From Gordius albopunctatus (lineage: Eukaryota): a stretch of DNA of 64,000 nucleotides. Shown here piece after piece: positions 1-11,300 of this stretch (positions are counted from its first letter, which is position 1; every line of letters starts with the position of its first letter). The notes under the pieces are model-generated. The model worked only from the letters and a program-made list of their open reading frames with translations, ran no database searches and was not told the origin of the DNA. The stretch covers positions 10,168,001 through 10,232,000 of the forward strand of contig OZ193909.1 of the NCBI GenBank assembly GCA_964276515.1, read 5' to 3'. The translations under genes and the position numbers were made by a program.

Positions 1-3000
1 TTATTTCAAAGTAATAGTTATCTAATTGTGATAAATTTTTACTTCTTATCATGAAAATCACGTCTGAAAATAACAACTTTCATCGGATGAATATGGTTTA
101 ATGGAAATAATTTTAAATATTTTTAGCTAAAAAAATATTTTTTTTGTTATTTTATGTAAAAGAGCTTGAAAAAATATATAAAAGTAAGCTAATTTGAGAT
201 TCCTATTAATCTCGATCGACTCCTTATAAGAAGTTTTAAGCTGCGAGAACTATCATTTTGAGGAAAGACAACGTTATATTGTTGCGATTATCATCGCGAC
301 GAGAGTGCTGAATTTTTGAAACATGCTATATGCGATGATTATTTAAAAGTAATAGTTATCTAATTGTGATAAATTTTTACTTCTTATCATGAAAATCACG
401 TCTGAAAATAACAACTTTCATCGGATGAATATGGTTTAATGGAAATAATTTTAAATATTTTGAGCTGAAAAATATATTTTTTGTTATTTTGTGTAAAAGA
501 GCTTGAAAAAATATATAAAAGTATGCTAATTTGAGATTCATATTAATCTCAATCGACTCCTTATAATAAGTTTTAAGCTGCGAGAACTATCATTTTGAGG
601 AAAGACAACGTTATATTGTTGCGATTATCATCGCGACGAGAGTGCTGAATTTTTGAAACATGCTATATGCGATGATTATTTCAAAGTAATAGTTATCTAA
701 TTGTGATAAATTTTTACTTCTTATCATGAAAATCACGTCTGAAAATAACAACTTTAATCGGATGAATATGGTTTAATGGAAACAATTTTAAATATTTTTA
801 GCTAAAAAAATATTTTTTTTGTTATTTTATGTAAAAGAGCTTGAAAAAATATATAAAAGTAAGCTAATTTGAGATGTCTATTAATCTCGATCGACTCCTT
901 ATAAGAAGTTTTAAGCTGCGAGAACTATCATTTTGTTGAGAGACAACGTTATATTGTTGCGATTAGTTTGTTTCATCGCGACGAGACTGCTGAATTTTTG
1001 AAACATGCTATATGCGATGATTATCTCAAAGTAATAGTTATCTAATTGTGATAAATTTTTACTTCTTATCATGGAATACACGTCTGAAAATAACAACTTT
1101 CATCGGATGAATATGGTTTAATGGAAACAATTTTAAATATTTTTAGCTAAAAAAATATTTTTTTTGTTATTTTATGTAAAAGAGCTTGAAAAAATATATA
1201 AAAGTAAGCTAATTTGAGATTCCTATTAATCTCGATCGACTCCTTATAAGAAGTTTTAAGCTGCGAGAACTATCATTTTGAGGAAAGACAACGTTATATT
1301 GTTGCGATTATCATCGCGACGAGAGTGCTGAATTTTTGAAACATGCTATATGCGATGATTATTTCAAAGTAATAGTTATCTAATTGTGATAAATTTTTAC
1401 TTCTTATCATGAAAATCACGTCTGAAAATAACAACTTTCATCGGATGAATATGGTTTAATGGAAATAATTTTAAATATTTTGAGCTGAAAAATATATTTT
1501 TTGTTATTTTGTGTAAAAGAGCTTGAATAAATATATAAAAGTATGCTAATTTGAGATTCATATTAATCTCAATCGACTCCTTATAATAAGTTTTAAGCTG
1601 CGAGAACTATCATTTTGAGGAAAGACAACGTTATATTGTCGCGATTATCATCGCGACGAGAGTGCTGAATTTTTGAAACATGCTATATGCGATGATTATT
1701 TCAAAGTAATAGTTATCTAATTGTGATAAATTTTTACTTCTTATCATGAAAATCACGTCTGAAAATAACAACTTTCATCGGATGAATATGGTTTAATGGA
1801 AATAATTTTAAATATTTTGAGAGAAAAATATATTTTTTGTTATTTTGTGTAAAAGAGCTTGAAAAAATATATAAAAGTAAGCTAATTTGAGATTCCTATT
1901 AATCTCGATCGACTCCTTATAAGAAGTTTTAAGCTGCGAGAACTATCATTTTGAGGAAAGACAACGTTATATTGTTGCGATTATCATCGCGACGATAGTG
2001 CTGAATTTTTGAAACATGCTATATGCGATGATTATTTCAAAGTAATAGTTATCTAATTGTGATAAATTTTTACTTCTTATCATGAAAATCACGTCTGAAA
2101 ATAACAACTTTCATCGGATGAATATGGTTTAATGGAAATAATTTTAAATATTTTGAGCTGAAAAATATATTTTTTTTTATTTTGTGTAAAAGAGCTTGAA
2201 AAAATATATAAAAGTATGCTAATTTGAGATTCCTATTAATCTCGATCGACTCCTTATAATAAGTTTTAAGCTGCGAGAACTATTATTTTGAGGAAAGACA
2301 ACGTTATATTGTTGCGATTAGTTTGTTTCATCGCGACGAGAGTGCTGAATTTTTGAAACATGCTATATGCGATGATTATTTCAAAGTAATAGTTATCTAA
2401 TTGTGATAAATTTTTACTTCTTATCATGAAAATCACGTCTGAAAATAACAACTTTCATCGGATGAATATGGTTTAATGGAAATAATTTTAAATATTTTGA
2501 GCTGAAAAATATATTTTTTGTTATTTTGTGTAAAAGAGCTTGAAAAAATAAATAAAAGTATGCTAATTTGAGATTCCTATTAATCTCGATCGACTCCTTA
2601 TAATAAGTTTTAAGCTGCGAGAACTATCATTTTGAGGAAAGACAACGCTTTATTGTTGCGATTATCATCGCGACGAGAGTGCTGAATTTTTGAAACATGC
2701 TATATGCGATGATTATTTCAAAGTAATAGTTAGCTAATTGTGATAAATTTTTACTTCTTATCATGAAAATCACGTCTGAAAATAACAACTTTCATCGGAT
2801 GAATATGGTTTAATGGAAATAATTTTAAATATTTTTAGCTAAAAAAATATTTTTTTTGTTATTTTATGTAAAAGAGCTTGAAAAAATATATAAAAGTAAG
2901 CTAATTTGAGATTCCTATTAATCTCGATCGACTCCTTATAAGAAGTTTTAAGCTGCGAGAACTATCATTTTGAGGAAAGACAACGTTATATTGTTGCGAT

Positions 3001-4500
3001 TATCATCGCGACGAGAGTGCTGAATTTTTGAAACATGCTATATGCGATGATTATTTAAAAGTAATAGTTATCTAATTGTGATAAATTTTTACTTCTTATC
3101 ATGAAAATCACGTCTGAAAATAACAACTTTCATCGGATGAATATGGTTTAATGGAAATAATTTTAAATATTTTGAGCTGAAAAATATATTTTTTGTTATT
3201 TTGTGTAAAAGAGCTTGAAAAAATATATAAAAGTATGCTAATTTGAGATTCATATTAATCTCAATCGACTCCTTATAATAAGTTTTAAGCTGCGAGAACT
3301 ATCATTTTGAGGAAAGACAACGTTATATTGTTGCGATTATCATCGCGACGAGAGTGCTGAATTTTTGAAACATGCTATATGCGATGATTATTTCAAAGTA
3401 ATAGTTATCTAATTGTGATAAATTTTTACTTCTTATCATGAAAATCACGTCTGAAAATAACAACTTTAATCGGATGAATATGGTTTAATGGAAACAATTT
3501 TAAATATTTTTAGCTAAAAAAATATTTTTTTTGTTATTTTATGTAAAAGAGCTTGAAAAAATATATAAAAGTAAGCTAATTTGAGATGTCTATTAATCTC
3601 GATCGACTCCTTATAAGAAGTTTTAAGCTGCGAGAACTATCATTTTGTTGAGAGACAACGTTATATTGTTGCGATTAGTTTGTTTCATCGCGACGAGACT
3701 GCTGAATTTTTGAAACATGCTATATGCGATGATTATCTCAAAGTAATAGTTATCTAATTGTGATAAATTTTTACTTCTTATCATGGAATACACGTCTGAA
3801 AATAACAACTTTCATCGGATGAATATGGTTTAATGGAAACAATTTTAAATATTTTTAGCTAAAAAAATATTTTTTTTGTTATTTTATGTAAAAGAGCTTG
3901 AAAAAATATATAAAAGTAAGCTAATTTGAGATTCCTATTAATCTCGATCGACTCCTTATAAGAAGTTTTAAGCTGCGAGAACTATCATTTTGAGGAAAGA
4001 CAACGTTATATTGTTGCGATTATCATCGCGACGAGAGTGCTGAATTTTTGAAACATGCTATATGCGATGATTATTTCAAAGTAATAGTTATCTAATTGTG
4101 ATAAATTTTTACTTCTTATCATGAAAATCACGTCTGAAAATAACAACTTTCATCGGATGAATATGGTTTAATGGAAATAATTTTAAATATTTTGAGCTGA
4201 AAAATATATTTTTTGTTATTTTGTGTAAAAGAGCTTGAATAAATATATAAAAGTATGCTAATTTGAGATTCATATTAATCTCAATCGACTCCTTATAATA
4301 AGTTTTAAGCTGCGAGAACTATCATTTTGAGGAAAGACAACGTTATATTGTCGCGATTATCATCGCGACGAGAGTGCTGAATTTTTGAAACATGCTATAT
4401 GCGATGATTATTTCAAAGTAATAGTTATCTAATTGTGATAAATTTTTACTTCTTATCATGAAAATCACGTCTGAAAATAACAACTTTCATCGGATGAATA
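1..4500. repeat. Higher-order duplication, period 2712 bp (8 monomers); second copy partial
   Basis: Rare variants recur 2712 bp apart: ATTTAAAAG at 345/3057, CTTTAATCGG at 756/3468, and type-A monomers at 911/3623. Boundaries are approximate. Confidence 0.85.
231..567. repeat. Representative short monomer (337 bp; loop allele GCGAT-TATC-ATCGC)
   Basis: AAGTTTTAAGCTG at 231 recurs at 568. Hand count gives 53 G + 36 C in 337 bp. Confidence 0.97.
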
Positions 4501-7359
4501 TGGTTTAATGGAAATAATTTTAAATATTTTGAGCTGAAAAATATATTTTTTGTTATTTTGTGTAAAAGAGCTTGAATAAATATATAAAAGTATGCTAATT
4601 TGAGATTCATATTAATCTCAATCGACTCCTTATAATAAGTTTTAAGCTGCGAGAACTATCATTTTGAGGAAAGACAACGTTATATTGTTGCGATTATCAT
4701 CGCGACGAGAGTGCTGAATTTTTGAAACATACTATATGCGATGATTATTTCAAAGTAATAGTTATCTAATTGTGATAAATTTTTACTTCTTATCATGAAA
4801 ATCACGTCTGAAAATAACAACTTTCATCGGATGAATATGGTTTAATGGAAACAATTTTAAATATTTTTAGCTAAAAAAATATTTTTTTTGTTATTTTATG
4901 TAAAAGAGCTTGAAAAAATATAAAAAAGTAAGCTAATTTGAGATTCCTATTAATCTCGATCGACTCCTTATAAGAAGTTTTAAGCTGCGAGAACTATCAT
5001 TTTGAGGAAAGACAACGTTATATTGTTGCGATTATCATCGCGACGATAGTGCTGAATTTTTGAAACATGCTATATGCGATGATTATTTCAAAGTAATAGT
5101 TATCTAATTGTGATAAATTTTTACTTCTTATCATGAAAATCACGTCTGAAAATAACAACTTTAATCGGATGAATATGGTTTAATGGAAACAATTTTAAAT
5201 ATTTTTAGCTAAAAAAATATTTTTTTTGTTATTTTATGTAAAAGAGCTTGAAAAAATATATAAAAGTAAGCTAATTTGAGATGTCTATTAATCTCGATCG
5301 ACTCCTTATAAGAAGTTTTAAGCTGCGAGAACTATCATTTTGTTGAGAGACAACGTTATATTGTTGCGATTAGTTTGTTTCATCGCGACGAGACTGCTGA
5401 ATTTTTGAAACATGCTATATGCGATGATTATCTCAAAGTAATAGTTATCTAATTGTGATAAATTTTTACTTCTTATCATGGAATACACGTCTGAAAATAA
5501 CAACTTTCATCGGATGAATATGGTTTAATGGAAACAATTTTAAATATTTTTAGCTAAAAAAATATTTTTTTTGTTATTTTATGTAAAAGAGCTTGAAAAA
5601 ATATATAAAAGTAAGCTAATTTGAGATTCCTATTAATCTCGATCGACTCCTTATAAGAAGTTTTAAGCTGCGAGAACTATCATTTTGAGGAAAGACAACG
5701 TTATATTGTTGCGATTATCATCGCGACGAGAGTGCTGAATTTTTGAAACATGCTATATGCGATGATTATCTCAAAGTAATAGTTATCTAATTGTGATAAA
5801 TTTTTACTTCTTATCATGGAATACACGTCTGAAAATAACAACTTTCATCGGATGAATATGGTTTAATGGAAATAATTTTAAATATTTTTAGCTAAAAAAA
5901 TATTTTTTTTGTTATTTTATATAAAAGAGCTTGAAAAAATATATAAAAGTAAGCTAATTTGAGATTCCTATTAATCTCGATCGACTCCTTATAAGAAGTT
6001 TTAAGCTGCGAGAACTATCATTTTGAGGAAAGACAACGTTATATTGTCGCGATTATCATCGCGACGAGAGTGCTGAATTTTTGAAACATGCTATATGCGA
6101 TGATTATTTCAAAGTAATAGTTATCTAATTGTGATAAATTTTTACTTCTTATCATGAAAATCACGTCTGAAAATAACAACTTTCATCGGATGAATATGGT
6201 TTAATGGAAATAATTTTAAATATTTTGAGCTGAAAAATATATTTTTTGTTATTTTGTGTAAAAGAGCTTGAATAAATATATAAAAGTATGCTAATTTGAG
6301 ATTCATATTAATCTCAATCGACTCCTTATAATAAGTTTTAAGCTGCGAGAACTATCATTTTGAGGAAAGACAACGTTATATTGTTGCGATTATCATCGCG
6401 ACGAGAGTGCTGAATTTTTGAAACATACTATATGCGATGATTATTTCAAAGTAATAGTTATCTAATTGTGATAAATTTTTACTTCTTATCATGAAAATCA
6501 CGTCTGAAAATAACAACTTTCATCGGATGAATATGGTTTAATGGAAACAATTTTAAATATTTTTAGCTAAAAAAATATTTTTTTTGTTATTTTATGTAAA
6601 AGAGCTTGAAAAAATATAAAAAAGTAAGCTAATTTGAGATTCCTATTAATCTCGATCGACTCCTTATAAGAAGTTTTAAGCTGCGAGAACTATCATTTTG
6701 TTGAGAGACAACGTTATATTGTTGCGATTAGTTTGTTTCATCGCGACGAGACTGCTGAATTTTTGAAACATGCTATATGCGATGATTATCTCAAAGTAAT
6801 AGTTATCTAATTGTGATAAATTTTTACTTCTTATCATGGAATACACGTCTGAAAATAACAACTTTCATCGGATGAATATGGTTTAATGGAAACAATTTTA
6901 AATATTTTTAGCTAAAAAAATATTTTTTTTTGTTATTTTATGTAAAAGAGCTTGAAAAAATATATAAAAGTAAGCTAATTTGAGATTCCTATTAATCTCG
7001 ATCGACTCCTTATAAGAAGTTTTAAGCTGCGAGAACTATCATTTTGAGGAAAGACAACGTTATATTGTCGCGATTATCATCGCGACGAGAGTGCTGAATT
7101 TTTGAAACATGCTATATGCGATGATTATTTCAAAGTAATAGTTATCTAATTGTGATAAATTTTTACTTCTTATCATGAAAATCACGTCTGAAAATAACAA
7201 CTTTCATCGGATGAATATGGTTTAATGGAAACAATTTTAAATATTTTTAGCTAAAAAAATATTTTTTTTGTTATTTTATGTAAAAGAGCTTGAAAAAATA
7301 TATAAAAGTAAGCTAATTTGAGATTCCTATTAATCTCGATCGACTCCTTATAAGAAGTT

Positions 7360-7704
7360 TTAAGCTGCGAGAACTATCATTTTGTTGAGAGACAACGTTA
7401 TATTGTTGCGATTAGTTTGTTTCATCGCGACGAGACTGCTGAATTTTTGAAACATGCTATATGCGATGATTATCTCAAAGTAATAGTTATCTAATTGTGA
7501 TAAATTTTTACTTCTTATCATGGAATACACGTCTGAAAATAACAACTTTCATCGGATGAATATGGTTTAATGGAAACAATTTTAAATATTTTTAGCTAAA
7601 AAAATATTTTTTTTGTTATTTTATGTAAAAGAGCTTGAAAAAATATAAAAAAGTAAGCTAATTTGAGATTCCTATTAATCTCGATCGACTCCTTATAAGA
7701 AGTT
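7360..7704. repeat. Representative long type-A monomer (345 bp; linked alleles TTTTGTTGAGAG, +7 bp GTTTGTT, GAGACTG, TTATCTCA, GGAATACAC)
   Basis: ORF-track starts 7360/7705/8050/8395/8740 are spaced exactly 345 bp. The listed alleles co-occur in most type-A copies. Confidence 0.95.
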
Positions 7705-8394
7705 TTAAGCTGCGAGAACTATCATTTTGTTGAGAGACAACGTTATATTGTTGCGATTAGTTTGTTTCATCGCGACGAGACTGCTGAATTTTTGAAACAT
7801 GCTATATGCGATGATTATCTCAAAGTAATAGTTATCTAATTGTGATAAATTTTTACTTCTTATCATGGAATACACGTCTGAAAATAACAACTTTCATCGG
7901 ATGAATATGGTTTAATGGAAACAATTTTAAATATTTTTAGCTAAAAAAATATTTTTTTTGTTATTTTATGTAAAAGAGCTTGAAAAAATATATAAAAGTA
8001 AGCTAATTTGAGATTCCTATTAATCTCGATCGACTCCTTATAAGAAGTTTTAAGCTGCGAGAACTATCATTTTGAGGAAAGACAACGTTATATTGTTGCG
8101 ATTAGTTTGTTTCATCGCGACGAGAGTGCTGAATTTTTGAAACATGCTATATGCGATGATTATCTCAAAGTAATAGTTATCTAATTGTGATAAATTTTTA
8201 CTTCTTATCATGAAAATCACGTCTGAAAATAACAACTTTCATCGGATGAATATGGTTTAATGGAAACAATTTTAAATATTTTTAGCTAAAAAAATATTTT
8301 TTTTGTTATTTTATGTAAAAGAGCTTGAAAAAATATATAAAAGTAAGCTAATTTGAGATTCCTATTAATCTCGATCGACTCCTTATAAGAAGTT

Positions 8395-11300
8395 TTAAGC
8401 TGCGAGAACTATCATTTTGTTGAGAGACAACGTTATATTGTTGCGATTAGTTTGTTTCATCGCGACGAGACTGCTGAATTTTTGAAACATGCTATATGCG
8501 ATGATTATCTCAAAGTAATAGTTATCTAATTGTGATAAATTTTTACTTCTTATCATGGAATACACGTCTGAAAATAACAACTTTCATCGGATGAATATGG
8601 TTTAATGGAAACAATTTTAAATATTTTTAGCTAAAAAAATATTTTTTTTGTTATTTTATGTAAAAGAGCTTGAAAAAATATAAAAAAGTAAGCTAATTTG
8701 AGATTCCTATTAATCTCGATCGACTCCTTATAAGAAGTTTTAAGCTGCGAGAACTATCATTTTGTTGAGAGACAACGTTATATTGTTGCGATTAGTTTGT
8801 TTCATCGCGACGAGACTGCTGAATTTTTGAAACATGCTATATGCGATGATTATCTCAAAGTAATAGTTATCTAATTGTGATAAATTTTTACTTCTTATCA
8901 TGGAATACACGTCTGAAAATAACAACTTTCATCGGATGAATATGGTTTAATGGAAACAATTTTAAATATTTTTAGCTAAAAAAATATTTTTTTTGTTATT
9001 TTATGTAAAAGAGCTTGAAAAAATATATAAAAGTAAGCTAATTTGAGATTCCTATTAATCTCGATCGACTCCTTATAAGAAGTTTTAAGCTGCGAGAACT
9101 ATCATTTTGAGGAAAGACAACGTTATATTGTTGCGATTATCATCGCGACGAGAGTGCTGAATTTTTTAAACATGCTATATGCGATGATTATTTCAAAGTA
9201 ATAGTTATCTAATTGTGATAAATTTTTACTTCTTATCATGAAAATCACGTCTGAAAATAACAACTTTCATCGGATGAATATGGTTTAATGGAAATAATTT
9301 TAAATATTTTGAGAGAAAATCATATTTTTTGTTATTTTGTGTAAAAGAGCTTGAAAAAATATATAAAAGTAAGCTAATTTGAGATTCCTATTAATCTCGA
9401 TCGACTCCTTATAAGAAGTTTTAAGCTGCGAGAACTATCATTTTGAGGAAAGACAACGTTATATTGTTGCGATTATCATCGCGACGATAGTGCTGAATTT
9501 TTGAAACATGCTATATGCGATGATTATTTCAAAGTAATAGTTATCTAATTGTGATAAATTTTTACTTCTTATCATGAAAATCACGTCTGAAAATAACAAC
9601 TTTCATCGGATGAATATGGTTTAATGGAAATAATTTTAAATATTTTTAGCTAAAAAAATATTTTTTTTGTTATTTTATGTAAAAGAGCTTGAAAAAATAT
9701 ATAAAAGTAAGCTAATTTGAGATTCCTATTAATCTCGATCGACTCCTTATAATAAGTTTTAAGCTGCGAGAACTATCATTTTGAGGAAAGACAACGTTAT
9801 ATTGTTGCGATTATCATCGCGACGAGAGTGCTGAATTTTTGAAACATGCTATATGCGATGATTATTTCAAAGTAATAGTTATCTAATTGTGATAAATTTT
9901 TACTTCTTATCATGAAAATCACGTCTGAAAATAACAACTTTCATCGGATGAATATGGTTTAATGGAAATAATTTTAAATATTTTTAGCTAAAAAAATATT
10001 TTTTTTGTTATTTTATGTAAAAGAGCTTGAAAAAATATATAAAAGTAAGCTAATTTGAGATTCCTATTAATCTCGATCGACTCCTTATAATAAGTTTTAA
10101 GCTGCGAGAACTATCATTTTGAGGAAAGACAACGTTATATTGTTGCGATTATCATCGCGACGAGAGTGCTGAATTTTTGAAACATGCTATATGCGATGAT
10201 TATTTCAAAGTAATAGTTATCTAATTGTGATAAATTTTTACTTCTTATCATGAAAATCACGTCTGAAAATAACAACTTTCATCGGATGAATATGGTTTAA
10301 TGGAAATAATTTTAAATATTTTGAGCTGAAAAATATATTTTTTGTTATTTTGTGTAAAAGAGCTTGAATAAATATATAAAAGTATGCTAATTTGAGATTC
10401 ATATTAATCTCAATCGACTCCTTATAATAAGTTTTAAGCTGCGAGAACTATCATTTTGAGGAAAGACAACGTTATATTGTTGCGATTATCATCGCGACGA
10501 GAGTGCTGAATTTTTGAAACATACTATATGCGATGATTATTTCAAAGTAATAGTTATCTAATTGTGATAAATTTTTACTTCTTATCATGAAAATCACGTC
10601 TGAAAATAACAACTTTCATCGGATGAATATGGTTTAATGGAAACAATTTTAAATATTTTTAGCTAAAAAAATATTTTTTTTGTTATTTTATGTAAAAGAG
10701 CTTGAAAAAATATATAAAAGTAAGCTAATTTGAGATTCCTATTAATCTCGATCGACTCCTTATAAGAAGTTTTAAGCTGCGAGAACTATCATTTTGTTGA
10801 GAGACAACGTTATATTGTTGCGATTAGTTTGTTTCATCGCGACGAGACTGCTGAATTTTTGAAACATGCTATATGCGATGATTATCTCAAAGTAATAGTT
10901 ATCTAATTGTGATAAATTTTTACTTCTTATCATGGAATACACGTCTGAAAATAACAACTTTCATCGGATGAATATGGTTTAATGGAAACAATTTTAAATA
11001 TTTTTAGCTAAAAAATATTTTTTTTGTTATTTTATGTAAAAGAGCTTGAAAAAATATAAAAAAGTAAGCTAATTTGAGATTCCTATTAATCTCGATCGAC
11101 TCCTTATAAGAAGTTTTAAGCTGCGAGAACTATCATTTTGTTGAGAGACAACGTTATATTGTTGCGATTAGTTTGTTTCATCGCGACGAGACTGCTGAAT
11201 TTTTGAAACATGCTATATGCGATGATTATCTCAAAGTAATAGTTATCTAATTGTGATAAATTTTTACTTCTTATCATGGAATACACGTCTGAAAATAACA

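Noticed and set aside
433..464. GGTTTAAT...TTTGAG resemblance to nematode spliced leader SL1 (GGTTTAATTACCCAAGTTTGAG)
   Set aside because: The span is 32 nt rather than 22 and the middle does not match. No GT donor follows, and the TTTGAG end is absent in the TTTTAGCT allele.
231..567. Monomer as a dimer of ~170-bp subunits, or as a 5S rRNA/tRNA repeat unit
   Set aside because: I saw no alignable halves at a ~170-bp offset, no 5S or tRNA sequence and no convincing Pol III A/B/C boxes.
968..975. TTGTTTCA similar to the nematode piRNA upstream (Ruby) motif CTGTTTCA
   Set aside because: It is an imperfect short match in AT-rich DNA. Identical downstream sequence in every copy is unlike diverse 21U loci, and the host is unknown. 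Small-RNA data would be needed.
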